Part shown: one piece after another, positions 39,696 to 49,587 of the stretch
How the letters are laid out: every line of letters begins with the position of its first letter
Numbering within the stretch: position 1 is the stretch's first letter
Origin: Candidatus Sumerlaeia bacterium
GTDB taxonomy: Bacteria > Sumerlaeota > Sumerlaeia > SLMS01 > JANRJK01
DNA: 64,000 bases
Assembly: GCA_033764015.1 (NCBI GenBank)
Contig: JANRJK010000002.1
Coordinates: 96,001 to 160,000, forward strand
Direction: 5' to 3'
The notes under the pieces: generated by a model
What the model was told of the DNA's origin: nothing
The model's input: only the letters and a program-made list of their open reading frames with translations
The model's database searches: none
Translations under genes and position numbers: made by a program

Positions 39696-39762
39696 TCGAG
39701 GGCTCCTTGCGGCTCTGGCGGAGTGGGTGGCGCGCGGCGACACGCTCCGTCCGGGCGGCGGG

Positions 39763-40107
39763 TCAGAGCGCCTCTTCCTGCCGCTCGCCGGTGCGGATAC
39801 GCACCGCAACAGGGCAGTCGAGGACAAAAATCTTGCCATCCCCGAGCGTGCCCGTGGCGGCCGTCTTCTCGATCGCCGCGATCACGGCGTCCGCCGCAGA
39901 GGCGGCCACCACCACTTCGATCTTCATCTTGGGGATGAAGTTCACCTGGTACTCGCTGCCGCGGTACAGCTCCTGGTGGCCGCGCTGGCGTCCGAAGCCG
40001 CGCACCTCCCAGGCGGTGAAACCGGTGACGCCGAGGTCAGTGAGCGCGGTGCGCACCTCCTCGAGGCGATGCGGCTTGATCACTGCGGTGACGAGCTTGA
40101 GGGACAC
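39763..40107 (-). CDS. Nitrogen regulatory protein P-II (GlnB/GlnK family)
   Basis: AVIKP, GFGRQRGHQELYRGSEY, GDGKIFV, RIRTGE. Confidence 0.95.
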   Translation of the reverse strand: MSLKLVTAVIKPHRLEEVRTALTDLGVTGFTAWEVRGFGRQRGHQELYRGSEYQVNFIPKMKIEVVVAASAADAVIAAIEKTAATGTLGDGKIFVLDCPVAVRIRTGERQEEAL

Positions 40108-40203
40108 GGGGCGGGCCTCCAATGGCGGGTTGCTCGCTACAGGCAACGCGGGCGGGCCCGGGGATGCAACGCCGATGAGCGGGGGGCCGCCGGCGGAGAA
40201 CGG

Positions 40204-41298
40204 TTAATCGAAGAAGCGGCGGTTCTCCAGCAAGCGCTTGTTTCCCGGCTGGTACTCCAGCGCGCGGTCGAGGTGTAGGCGGCCCCGAGCCTTGTCGCCG
40301 GCGCGGTAGTAAGCGATCGCAAGGAGGTCGTGCGGATGGTGCCGGTAGTAGTGGGGCCGCCAATGGCCGCGGTCCACCTGCGGCCCGAGCGGGATCGCGA
40401 GCGCGGCCTCGCCCCAGGCGCACGCCTCGATCCAGGTGCGGGCGCGCCCCGCCGCTTCGCAGAGCCAGATGTACGGATCGCGGATCGAGGCGTGTTCGCC
40501 GAGCGCCTCCAGAAGGACGGCGCGCTCGCGCTTGCGGTCGCCGAGCATGCGGTGCGACTCCGCCAGGAGTTCCTGCGCCCGGAGCCGTAGCGCCGGGTTC
40601 TCGCTCATGCGGAGCGTGGTCTCGAAGGCGCCGACCGCCTCGGGCCAGAACTTCGAGCGGACATGCTCGTACCCGAGGTAGAAGACGCTTCGGGGATTCT
40701 TGGGATGCGCCTCGTAGCTCCGCCGGGCGGCGGCGTGGAAGACGCGCGGCTTGTCTTGGGGCTTCTTGATCGGGCGATGCTCCATCGTGGCGCTCGTAAG
40801 GACCCGCTCCGGCACGGGGCCCTTCCGCCCGATCAGCGTCTCGTGGTGGTGGAAAATGAATCGCACCTCCGCCGGGCCCCACGCCACGTACCGGTTGAAC
40901 GCTAGCGTGCAGTCGCCATAATCGTCGTACTCGTAGTCCTCCGCGATGTGGAAGATCCGGACGCCCTCCGCCCAGCCCTGCTCCAGCTCCGCGCGGACCT
41001 TGGCGGGGTCGCCCGCGAGCACCTCGTCCGGGTCCAGCATCACCACCACATCCGCGCTTTCCGCGGCGAGGTCCGCAGCCGCTTGCCGCAAGACGGCGAT
41101 GCTGCCCTCGAACCGGGAATGCTCCACGCGCGCGCCGAGCGCGGCGGCGACCTCCGCCGTCCGGTCCGTCGTCGCCTCGTCGACGCAGACGAGGTAGGAA
41201 TCGGCGATGCCGCCGTTGCGCTGGAGGCTTTCGAGATGGCGGGCGAGGTGCGGCTCCTCGTCCCGGGCGATGCAGGCGTAAACGATGCGGAGAGCCAT
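40204..41298 (-). CDS. GT2 glycosyltransferase with C-terminal TPRs
   Basis: IARDEE, TTDRT, LDPDE, HET, FYLGYE plus TPRs. Confidence 0.82.
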   Translation of the reverse strand: MALRIVYACIARDEEPHLARHLESLQRNGGIADSYLVCVDEATTDRTAEVAAALGARVEHSRFEGSIAVLRQAAADLAAESADVVVMLDPDEVLAGDPAKVRAELEQGWAEGVRIFHIAEDYEYDDYGDCTLAFNRYVAWGPAEVRFIFHHHETLIGRKGPVPERVLTSATMEHRPIKKPQDKPRVFHAAARRSYEAHPKNPRSVFYLGYEHVRSKFWPEAVGAFETTLRMSENPALRLRAQELLAESHRMLGDRKRERAVLLEALGEHASIRDPYIWLCEAAGRARTWIEACAWGEAALAIPLGPQVDRGHWRPHYYRHHPHDLLAIAYYRAGDKARGRLHLDRALEYQPGNKRLLENRRFFD

Positions 41299-41447
41299 GG
41301 GACCTTTCCGGAGGTGCGGCGGAAACACTCATGGAGGATCGCAACACTTCCCTTGCCGTGCCTAGGAAGTCCAGAGGAATCTTCCCCCGCGCCGATGGAT
41401 TCCGCGGCGCTCATCCGCTTCCCACCCTCCCCGGAGCAACACAGTTT

Positions 41448-42203
41448 ATGCAGCTCTCCCTCCGCAAGGCCTTCACGCTGATCGAGCTGTTGATCGTCGT
41501 GGCCATCATCGCGATCCTGGCCGCGATCGCGGTCCCGAACTTCCTCGAAGCCCAGACCCGCTCCAAGATCAGCCGCGTGAAGTCGGACATGCGCACGCTC
41601 GCCACCGGCATCGAATCCTACTACGTCGACAACAACTACTACCCGAAGGGCACCGACGACCAGTGGTCGGTCCGCGACCCGGACGACGTGACGACGCTCA
41701 GCGGCAACACGACGGCGGCGGCGGTCCTTGAGCGCCTCTCGACCCCGATCTCCTACCTGACCAGCGGCGCGCTTCAGGATCCGTTCACGAGCTTCTCGCG
41801 CGTGCGCCCCTCCAAGACCACCGGCGCGGGCTTCACGCAAGAGACCCCGATCACCGGCGTGGACCAGGAGCTTGCCCGCTACTACAAGTACACCGCCTTC
41901 ACGCCGGGACAGGGTGCGTTCGTTTCGGCGCTCGTGACCCGTCCCGAGACGACGGCCAAGTGGGCCTGGGGCACCTGGTCGCCGGGCCCCGAGGGCAAGT
42001 ACGTCCAGCTCCGCGGCTCGAACCTGCTGGCCTCGGCGCCCTTCGGCGCCCCCGAAATCGGCGCGATCCTCGATTGGGCCTACGATCCGACCAACGGCAC
42101 CGCCTCGCGCGGCAACATCTGGCGCACCGGCGGCATCCGCACCGGCGAAGGCGCCGCCGGCGACATCTGGCTCACCACGATGCTGCCCGTCACCAGCCGC
42201 TAA
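41448..42203 (+). CDS. Prepilin-type N-terminal cleavage/methylation protein
   Basis: KA|FTLIELLIVVAIIAILAAIAVPNF; WSPGP and YDPTNGT..RGNI C-terminal motifs. Confidence 0.92.
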   Translation: MQLSLRKAFTLIELLIVVAIIAILAAIAVPNFLEAQTRSKISRVKSDMRTLATGIESYYVDNNYYPKGTDDQWSVRDPDDVTTLSGNTTAAAVLERLSTPISYLTSGALQDPFTSFSRVRPSKTTGAGFTQETPITGVDQELARYYKYTAFTPGQGAFVSALVTRPETTAKWAWGTWSPGPEGKYVQLRGSNLLASAPFGAPEIGAILDWAYDPTNGTASRGNIWRTGGIRTGEGAAGDIWLTTMLPVTSR

Positions 42204-42230
42204 CCCGCGTCCATATCGGTCTGTGCACGC

Positions 42231-42268
42231 GCGGCGCCCCGGGCCATCCGGGGCGCCGCTTCCATTTT
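42231..42268 (+). terminator. Intrinsic terminator after the pilin gene
   Basis: GCGGCGCCCCGG-gccat-CCGGGGCGCCGC-ttccatttt. Confidence 0.7.
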
Positions 42269-42343
42269 CCCGCGCCAGCGCCCTTGCCGCGCCGCGCGCC
42301 CCCCGGCAAGCATCGCGGCTATCCCAAACGCGAGGCGCGCGGC

Positions 42344-43288
42344 ATGGCGGCGGAACTCTTTGCGATCGGAATCGACGGCGGCGGGTCGCATACCCGCGCG
42401 ATGCTCCTCGACGGGACGCGCGCGATCCGCGCCCACCGCGAAGGCGGTGCATCGAATCCCCACTCGACGGATCCCGCCGACGTCCGCACCACCCTTGAGG
42501 AGCTGATCTCCGGTGTCTGCGGCGACGCCGGCGTCCCGCTCGCCGACGTGCGCTCCCTGTGCCTGGCGATGGCGGGAGTGGACCGCCCCGCGGACCGCGC
42601 GCTGATCGAGGGCATGGTGCGCCCGCTCCTCGCCGACGGGCAGGCGCTCCTGATCAGGAACGATTCCGTCGCCGGCATGATGGCGGGCCTCGACGAGCTG
42701 CACGGCCTCATGCTGATCGCCGGCACCGGATCGATCTGCTTCGCCTACCACCGCGACGGACGGACCGGCCGCGCCGGCGGCTACGGCCACGTCCTCGGCG
42801 ACGAGGGGAGCGGCTACGCCATGGGAGTCGCCGCGATGAAGGCGGTGATTCAAGCCTCCGACGGCCGCCTCGCGCCGACCGCGCTCACGGGGATGCTGCT
42901 CGGGCACCTCGGCCTCTCCGCGCCGCCGGACCTCGTGACTTGGCTCCTGCAGGTGGACTATGCGAAGTCGAGCATCGCCTCCCTCTCGAGGGTCCTCGCC
43001 GAAGCGGACGCCGCCGGCGACGCGGCGGCGGTGGCGATCATGGACCAGATGGCCGACGACCTCGCCTCGGTCGTCATGCCCGCGCACCGGCAGCTCTTCT
43101 CCAAGGCGGACGGCGCCGTCCCGATCGTCTTCGGCGGGAGCAACCTCGTGAGGAACGACCGCTACCAGTCACGCCTGCGCGCGCGCCTCGCCGCCATGGA
43201 GGCGCCGCTCGAGGTCGTGCTGCCGAAGCGCAGCGCCGTCGAGGGCGCGGCACGCTACGCGCTCGCGCACGCGGAAGCCCACGCGTGA
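42344..43288 (+). CDS. BadF/BadG-type N-acetylglucosamine/N-acetylmuramic acid kinase
   Basis: GIDGGGSHT, AGVD, NDS, IAGTGS, GGYGHVLGDEGSGY. Confidence 0.87.
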   Translation: MAAELFAIGIDGGGSHTRAMLLDGTRAIRAHREGGASNPHSTDPADVRTTLEELISGVCGDAGVPLADVRSLCLAMAGVDRPADRALIEGMVRPLLADGQALLIRNDSVAGMMAGLDELHGLMLIAGTGSICFAYHRDGRTGRAGGYGHVLGDEGSGYAMGVAAMKAVIQASDGRLAPTALTGMLLGHLGLSAPPDLVTWLLQVDYAKSSIASLSRVLAEADAAGDAAAVAIMDQMADDLASVVMPAHRQLFSKADGAVPIVFGGSNLVRNDRYQSRLRARLAAMEAPLEVVLPKRSAVEGAARYALAHAEAHA

Positions 43289-44538
43289 GCGAAGTCCCGC
43301 CGGAGCCTTCCGGTCGGCGCGTGGCGATCTTCTCCACCGCCGACTGGGACACGGAGCTGCCGACGAACAAGCACCACTTCGCGCGGCTCTGGGCGCGCCG
43401 GAACCGGGTGCTCTTCATCGAAACGCTCGGCACGCGGCGACCCGAGCTGTCCGCCGCGCGCGACTGGGGCCGCATCGGGCGGCGCCTCCGCCGCGGCCTC
43501 GAAGGCGCTGTCAAGCGCGCGCCCAGGCTCTGGAGCGTCTCGCCCGTCGTCCGTCCAGCCTGGGACACGCCGCTTGCGGTGGCGGCGAACCGGGGTCTCT
43601 TCGCGGCTTCCGCCGGGCGCGCGCTCGACCGCTTCGCCCCCGAGATACTCTGGGTCTACTCGCCCTACGCCGCGCACCTCATCGAGCGCACGCCGCGGCG
43701 CGCGCTGGTGTACCACCTCGTCGACGATCTCGCCGCGGTCCCCGGCGCGGACCGCGAGGCGATCCGCGCGGCGGAGGCGATGCTCTTCGCGCAGGCGGAC
43801 CTGGTGTTCTGCACGGAGCCGTCGCTCTTAGACCGCGCCGCGCGCTCGACACCCCGCGCCCACCTGATGCTCAACGTGGCCGACTACACGCACTTCTCCG
43901 ACCCCTCGCCCCGCGCGGGGCAGGACCCCGCCGCGCTTCGGCGGCTCGCCGCGCTGCCGCGCCCGCTGGTGCTGTTCAGCGGCCAGCTAGCCTCGCACAA
44001 GATCGACCTCCGCCTCCTGCGCGACTTGGCGCGCCTGCGGCCCCGCTGGAGTTTTGCCTTAGTGGGCCCCCGCTGGGAGGGCGATCCGGACCGGCGCGCG
44101 CTCGATGCGCTTGCGGCGCTTCCGAACGTCGCGCTCACGGGGCGCATTCCCTACGAGCACCTCCCGCCGGCGCTGCACCTGGCGGACGCGCTCCTGATGC
44201 CCTACCGCCTCACGGAGGCGACGAGGGCGGTGTTCCCGCTCAAGCTCTTCGAGTATTTCGGCACCGGCCGCCCCGTCGTCGGCACCGCGGAGCTGCCGTC
44301 GCTGCTGCCCTACTCGGAGGCGATGCGCCTCGCGCCGAACCGGGCGGAGGATTGGGCGGCGGCGCTGGAGGCGGCGATGTCCGAGCCGCCGGAGCGCGGC
44401 GAGCTCCGCCGCGAACTCGCGCGGCGCAACACCTGGGAGCGCCGCTTCAGCGAGATGTCGGCGCTGCTGGCGCCGCTTCTTGGCCCGGCACCGGCAGCGA
44501 CGTCCCTCCGCCGATCAGGCGGAACACGTCGGGGGTGA
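43285..44538 (+). CDS. GT4-like glycosyltransferase (TuaH-like)
   Basis: TNKHH, VYHLVDD, NVADY, FPLKLFEYFGTGRPVV, NTWE. Confidence 0.85.
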   Translation: MSEVPPEPSGRRVAIFSTADWDTELPTNKHHFARLWARRNRVLFIETLGTRRPELSAARDWGRIGRRLRRGLEGAVKRAPRLWSVSPVVRPAWDTPLAVAANRGLFAASAGRALDRFAPEILWVYSPYAAHLIERTPRRALVYHLVDDLAAVPGADREAIRAAEAMLFAQADLVFCTEPSLLDRAARSTPRAHLMLNVADYTHFSDPSPRAGQDPAALRRLAALPRPLVLFSGQLASHKIDLRLLRDLARLRPRWSFALVGPRWEGDPDRRALDALAALPNVALTGRIPYEHLPPALHLADALLMPYRLTEATRAVFPLKLFEYFGTGRPVVGTAELPSLLPYSEAMRLAPNRAEDWAAALEAAMSEPPERGELRRELARRNTWERRFSEMSALLAPLLGPAPAATSLRRSGGTRRG

Positions 44539-46585
44539 GCTCCGCCCGCTCCTGCCACGCCACATGGTGCGACCAGCGCATGGTGCGGTAGTCGGAGAGG
44601 ATCGAAACGCGCTCCGCCCGGCTCAGCCTCGCGACGCCGCCGCACAGCGCCATCAACGCGAGCCTCCGCGAGGCGGCGTCCCGCGGCGGGCGGGTCTCCT
44701 CGTCCCATAGCTGGAGCAGCGAGCAGTGCAGCGCGTTGAGCGCGGGATCCATCATCGCGCGGACGAGCGGATCGACCTCGCGCTCCGCGGCCGCCTCGCC
44801 CCGGAGCCGCAGCAGGTGGGCCGCCTTGCGGGCCAGCACGTGCGGCGTCATGAGCTCGGAGCGCGTCATCAGCAGCCGCCCACGGCGGAGCGAGTCGCCG
44901 AGCCGCACGCTGCTGAGCGCCTTGGCGATGAATCCCGCGAACACGAGGCTGAGGCTGACCGGCGCCAGGAACAGCGCGGCCCCCGGCGAGACCATCAGCG
45001 AAAGCGCCGTGAGCCCGATCCCCACCCCCGCGTGGAGGCGGTAGGCCCGGAGCGCCTCGCCCAGCGGCAGCGGACGCTCGCCGCGGTTCTGCGCGTCCCA
45101 GCGAACGACCCGGCCCAGCAGCGTCGAGACGACGAAGACCGTGTGGAACACCATCATGACCGGCGCGGTGAGGACGGAAAGCGCGGTCTCGAGGATCACG
45201 GACGCGGACGCGCGGCGCACCCCGCCGAACCACGCCTTCATCCACGGGTTGCGGAGCATGTGCGCCAGCGCGAAGAGCTTCGGGAGCAGCAGCAGCGCCA
45301 TCACCACGGCGAAAAGGAAGAGCGACTGCGCCGCGTGGTACTCCGTGAAGGCGGGGGCGCCCGGGTCCACCGCGCCCTTCCACGGCGGCGGCGCGCCCAT
45401 GAACGCGAGGCCAGCCAGGATGAAGAGCAGCCACAGCGGCGACGCGACGTAGGACATCGCCCCCATCAGGAAGTGGATGCGGCTGAAGACGCCGAAGCCG
45501 GGGCGCATCGCGAGCCTCACATGCTGCAGGTTCCCTTGGCACCAGCGCTGGTCCCGCACGGCGAAGTCCAGCAGCGAAGTCGGGCACTCCTCGTAGGACC
45601 CCGGCAGGTCGTCCGCGACGATCACCTTGTAGCCGCCGCGCTGGATGAGCGCGGCCTCGACGAAGTCGTGGCTCAGGATCTCCCCGCCGAGCGGAGGCTT
45701 GCCGGGCAGCAGCGGCAGCTTGCAGTGCTTCGCGAACGCCCGCGTGCGGATGATCGCGTTGTGGCCGAAATAGTTCCCCGCGTCCGCCGTCCAAAGGGAG
45801 AAGCCCGCCGCGAAGACGCCCGAGTAGAGGGCCGAAGCGAACTGCTGCACCCGCGCGAAGAGCGAGCGGCGGCTCGCGGGGAGCGGCGGCACCTGCAGGA
45901 TCCCCACCTCGGGGTCGGACGCCATGCGCCGCACCATCTCCGCCATGGTGAGCGCCGACATCGTGCTGTCCGCGTCGAGCACGATCATGAACTCGTACCG
46001 GGCTCCCCAGCGCACCACGAAGTCTTCGATGTTACCCGCCTTGCGCGACACGTTCTTGGGGCGCCGCCGGTAGTGGCAGCGGATCGAGCCGCCCAGCCTC
46101 CGGCGAAGCGCCAGGAACGCGCGCTCCTCTTCGATCCACACGTCGGGGTTCGTCGTGTCGCTCATCACGAACACGTCGAAGAGCCCCGTCGTGCCGGACT
46201 TCTTCATCGAGTCGTGCATCGCGTAGACCCCCGCGAAGACCTCTTCCACATCCTCGTTGTAGATCGGGATCACCACCGCGGTCCGCGGCAGGTCCGAGAC
46301 GTCCGGCGGACGGTCCGTGCCGAGACGGTCGAAGTAGTCGGGCGCCCGGAGGCCGGTGAACATGCTCCGCAGGAATCCGAAGAACACCGACAGGAAGTTC
46401 AGCACGATCCAGAAGAAGAGGATCGTGAAGAGCGCTGTCAGCAACAGTCCCCGGAACGAGGGGCGGTCCCAGAGCACGACCTGCGAAAAGAGGGTGGTCG
46501 CCCAGATGGTGGCCAAACCGGCGACCGTGGCGATGAAGTAGCGGACAAGCGCCACATAGAAGAAGGAGCGGGTCTCGGGCGCCAT
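44447..46585 (-). CDS. opgH: Glucans biosynthesis glucosyltransferase OpgH/MdoH
   Basis: PIYNED, RKAGNI, LDADS, GHNAIIR, SHDFVEAAL, RDQRWCQGNLQH. Confidence 0.94.
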   Translation of the reverse strand: MAPETRSFFYVALVRYFIATVAGLATIWATTLFSQVVLWDRPSFRGLLLTALFTILFFWIVLNFLSVFFGFLRSMFTGLRAPDYFDRLGTDRPPDVSDLPRTAVVIPIYNEDVEEVFAGVYAMHDSMKKSGTTGLFDVFVMSDTTNPDVWIEEERAFLALRRRLGGSIRCHYRRRPKNVSRKAGNIEDFVVRWGARYEFMIVLDADSTMSALTMAEMVRRMASDPEVGILQVPPLPASRRSLFARVQQFASALYSGVFAAGFSLWTADAGNYFGHNAIIRTRAFAKHCKLPLLPGKPPLGGEILSHDFVEAALIQRGGYKVIVADDLPGSYEECPTSLLDFAVRDQRWCQGNLQHVRLAMRPGFGVFSRIHFLMGAMSYVASPLWLLFILAGLAFMGAPPPWKGAVDPGAPAFTEYHAAQSLFLFAVVMALLLLPKLFALAHMLRNPWMKAWFGGVRRASASVILETALSVLTAPVMMVFHTVFVVSTLLGRVVRWDAQNRGERPLPLGEALRAYRLHAGVGIGLTALSLMVSPGAALFLAPVSLSLVFAGFIAKALSSVRLGDSLRRGRLLMTRSELMTPHVLARKAAHLLRLRGEAAAEREVDPLVRAMMDPALNALHCSLLQLWDEETRPPRDAASRRLALMALCGGVARLSRAERVSILSDYRTMRWSHHVAWQERAELTPDVFRLIGGGTSLPVPGQEAAPAAPTSR

Positions 46586-46589
46586 CGGC

Positions 46590-47057
46590 TCAGCCCTTCC
46601 CCTTCGGCGCGGGGTTGAGCGACGCCAGCCGGGAGAGCGGCTCCGGCTTCATGTGGAGCCGGTCCTCGTCGCCCGCCGGGAAGAGCGACAAGTGGTCGAC
46701 GAAGCGCTCGCGCACCAGCGCGTGCGCCGCCGCCGGATCGCCGAGGAGCAGTTCCTTGCCGGTGGCGAAGTGCGACGAAAGCTCCGCGAGGAGGAACCCG
46801 CGGTAGCGGGAGCGCCCCTCGCGGATGTGCTCGATCTCGAGGATGTCGTTCAACCAGAGGACGATCTCCTCCTGGCACACCGACACCAGGGACGGCGGGG
46901 TGGACTGGGGCTCGCGCTTGGCGCGCGCCTCCGCGCGCTCCCGGAGCAAGTCGACGATGCGATGCAGCTCGTTCCGGTCCGTCACGCCCAGGGCGTAAAG
47001 GAAGCGGAGGACCTTGCGGACGTCGCGGCGGTCGTTCGGCGGGGGAGTGGAACTCAT
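46590..47057 (-). CDS. Hypothetical cytoplasmic protein between opgG and opgH
   Basis: 155-aa ORF overlapping the opgG stop (ATGA), 4 nt before opgH. Confidence 0.65.
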   Translation of the reverse strand: MSSTPPPNDRRDVRKVLRFLYALGVTDRNELHRIVDLLRERAEARAKREPQSTPPSLVSVCQEEIVLWLNDILEIEHIREGRSRYRGFLLAELSSHFATGKELLLGDPAAAHALVRERFVDHLSLFPAGDEDRLHMKPEPLSRLASLNPAPKGKG

Positions 47058-48535
47058 GGCGCGATGATCACGGTTTCCGAATAGTCGCCGCCGCTGCGCA
47101 GGTAGCAACGGAGTTCGGCGCCGGTGCGTAGCGCGGCGGGGATTGTGGCGGTGGACGAGCCGCCCGCGCCCGCGGCCGCCGGCACCGCGCCCCGTACCCC
47201 GCCGCCCTGCTCGACGAGCAGCTCGGCGCCGGGCCGTCCGGCGATGCCGCCTTCGAAGTGCAGCCGCAACCCGCCTTCGCCGTCAGACTCGAGCCGCTTC
47301 AGGCGCGCGCCGGTGTGCCCCGGCGGATCCCCGGTGAGGAACCGCAACGTATAGGCGAAGGCCATCTCCTCGCCTTCGCGGAGCGGCTCCGCAAGGCGCC
47401 ACCCCGCGCCGATGTTGTCCACTCCCTCGTGTGGCGCGTGGAGTTCGAGCAGCAGGACGGAGCCGGCGGGCCACTCCCCCTCCGGCTCGACCCAGGCCGT
47501 CGGCCGGCGGTCGTAGAGCGCCTCCGCGTCTTCGTAGTCCGAGGCGGCCGTGTGGCGCTGCGCCAGGCCGAATCCGAGCGGCGTTCCCGCGGTCGAGAAC
47601 AACGACACGCGGTCCGCAGTCCGGTTCGCCAGCGGGCGGTAGAGGAACTCACCCGTCCCCGATTCGATCAGCAGCCCTTCCGCGTCGTGCACGCGGGGGC
47701 GGTGCTCGCCTCCCGGCATCTCGTCCCGGAGGTCGTGGAAGAACATGCTGGTCAGCGGCGCCAGGACGACATCCCGCGTCTCCGCGCGGGCCACCAGTCG
47801 CGCATCGACCCGCACCGTTGTGCTCGCGCCGGGCTCGATCTCGAAGCGGTAGGCTCCCGCAAGACCCGGGCTGTCCAGCAGCGCGTCCACCACAAGCGCG
47901 GCGTCGCCAGGATCGGGGCGGTGGATAGTGAAGCGCGTGAACGCCGGGAAGACCTCCGCGCCAGGACCCCCCATGGCGATGGCGAGCCCCCTCGCGGAGG
48001 TGCCGTAGACGTGGCCCGAGCCGATCGCGCGGAAGTAGGAGGCGCCGAGGAAGCTCAGGCATTCGCGCGCCGGCCCGCCATCGAACGGGTGCAGGGCGAA
48101 GAAGCCGGCGTAACCATCCAGCCCCGGGCGGTAGGCCTCGATGCCCCCGTCCAAGTAGCACTCGAACCGGTCCGGCGCGTATGGGACGGTCCATTGAAAG
48201 CCCGAATCGTCGACGGCGACGGTGGGCGGATGGTTGAACAGGTAGCCTGGGTGGTAGAAGCCGATCTCGAAGGGAAGGCCGCTGTCGCGCCAGAGCGCGC
48301 GCCACACGCGGAACGGCAGCTTCCGGTAGTCGTCGTAGTCCAGCGCTCGAAGGCGCGGGTTCGCCACCTTGGCGGGTGGGGTATAGGGCCGCGCGGCGAT
48401 CGCCCGGGCATCCGCAAGGTGGAGTGGCGCGCCCCCCGCGACCGGTCCGCCGGCACGTGCGCAGGACGCCGCCGCGAACACGGCGAGCATGGCGGCAGGG
48501 AGAGTGGCTGCGTACCTAGGGAGAAACCCGAACAT
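47054..48535 (-). CDS. opgG: Periplasmic glucan biosynthesis protein OpgG/OpgD
   Basis: LDYDDYRK, FLGASYFRA, YGTSARGLA, FPAF, APLTSMF, PRVHD, GFGLAQR, DNI; start may be 48490. Confidence 0.88.
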   Translation of the reverse strand: MFGFLPRYAATLPAAMLAVFAAASCARAGGPVAGGAPLHLADARAIAARPYTPPAKVANPRLRALDYDDYRKLPFRVWRALWRDSGLPFEIGFYHPGYLFNHPPTVAVDDSGFQWTVPYAPDRFECYLDGGIEAYRPGLDGYAGFFALHPFDGGPARECLSFLGASYFRAIGSGHVYGTSARGLAIAMGGPGAEVFPAFTRFTIHRPDPGDAALVVDALLDSPGLAGAYRFEIEPGASTTVRVDARLVARAETRDVVLAPLTSMFFHDLRDEMPGGEHRPRVHDAEGLLIESGTGEFLYRPLANRTADRVSLFSTAGTPLGFGLAQRHTAASDYEDAEALYDRRPTAWVEPEGEWPAGSVLLLELHAPHEGVDNIGAGWRLAEPLREGEEMAFAYTLRFLTGDPPGHTGARLKRLESDGEGGLRLHFEGGIAGRPGAELLVEQGGGVRGAVPAAAGAGGSSTATIPAALRTGAELRCYLRSGGDYSETVIIAP

Positions 48536-48771
48536 AAGAACGATCCGCGCGCCCCCGGAGCCCCGTGGTCAAGAGGCGACCGGAAGCGAGGGCGCTCATC
48601 CGGCATGGAAACGCTTACTTCCCGGCGCCGACGGCAATCCCCGCTTGTTACGGTCACGGCGGCGAATCAACCATTCCTCTGTTGTCCTTGCATTGGCACC
48701 GATTCTTGCAGCCACGGTTGGGCGTTGTTGCGCGGCGGCAACGAATCCCGCGGAGCGTACAGTCCGGACCC

Positions 48772-49587
48772 ATGCTAGCCATCGACCGCTCACACGCCTA
48801 CGAGATCATCGAACAGCTTCCGGTCCGCGGGAAGTATAGCATCAGCCGCATCTACGAGCTGACCCTGGAAAGTCCCGGCTACCTGCACCAGGTGCCGCTG
48901 CGACCGGGCGACACCCGGGAGGCGCTCTCGTCGCAGTTCGAGGCGATCATCCTCCCATTCGCCGGCATCCACCACGGGCGCATCCCGCTCCTCGCCGACG
49001 CGTGGTTCGGCGAGAACTCGTTCGACATCGCCCTGTTGATCCCCCAGATCACCCCGCTCGACCCGGCGGCGGCGAACCCGCTCCGCGGCATGGACGAGAA
49101 GTCCCAGCTCACCGGCCTCCTCGACATGCTCGACTGCCTCGCCGCCCTCCACGAGACCGAGATCTTCCATGGCCACCTGCTGTTGCAGGATTTCGGCGTG
49201 GACCGGCACGGCTACATCTACCTCCACAATCCCGGGCTCGCTTCCCGCATCGTCGACTCGCTGGGGGGCGGCGAGGACTCCGACTCCAACTTCAAGCTGC
49301 GCCTATCGACCAACATGAAGATGCGCGACGTCGCCATGTGGGCCTACGCGATGGTGCTGCTGCTCTTCGGCAAGGCCTTCGAGGCGGAAGCCCACGAGAG
49401 GTGGGACGAGACGGACCTCGCCCGCGCGAAGAAGGAACTGCTCCGCGTCCTCGGCACCCGCTCGCCGCTCGTCGAGTTCTTCGAGAAGTGCCTGCGCGGA
49501 GCCACCTTCGAGGCGAACGGCTACGACTCCGCGCTCCCGGCCTACGCGGACCTCGAGAAGATCGTCCGTTCGGGAGGCCACCTATGA
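48772..49587 (+). CDS. Soluble Ser/Thr kinase-fold protein lacking catalytic motifs (pseudokinase)
   Basis: LAALHETEIFHGHLLLQDFGVDRHGYIYLHNPGLA aligns by eye to subdomains VIa-VII with HRD to HGH and DFG to NPG. Confidence 0.65.
   Translation: MLAIDRSHAYEIIEQLPVRGKYSISRIYELTLESPGYLHQVPLRPGDTREALSSQFEAIILPFAGIHHGRIPLLADAWFGENSFDIALLIPQITPLDPAAANPLRGMDEKSQLTGLLDMLDCLAALHETEIFHGHLLLQDFGVDRHGYIYLHNPGLASRIVDSLGGGEDSDSNFKLRLSTNMKMRDVAMWAYAMVLLLFGKAFEAEAHERWDETDLARAKKELLRVLGTRSPLVEFFEKCLRGATFEANGYDSALPAYADLEKIVRSGGHL

Noticed and set aside
48694..48710. TGGCACCGATTCTTGCA upstream of the pseudokinase operon looks like a sigma54 promoter
   Set aside because: GG-to-GC spacing is 11 nt rather than the strict 10; not called unless there is a 1-nt sequence error
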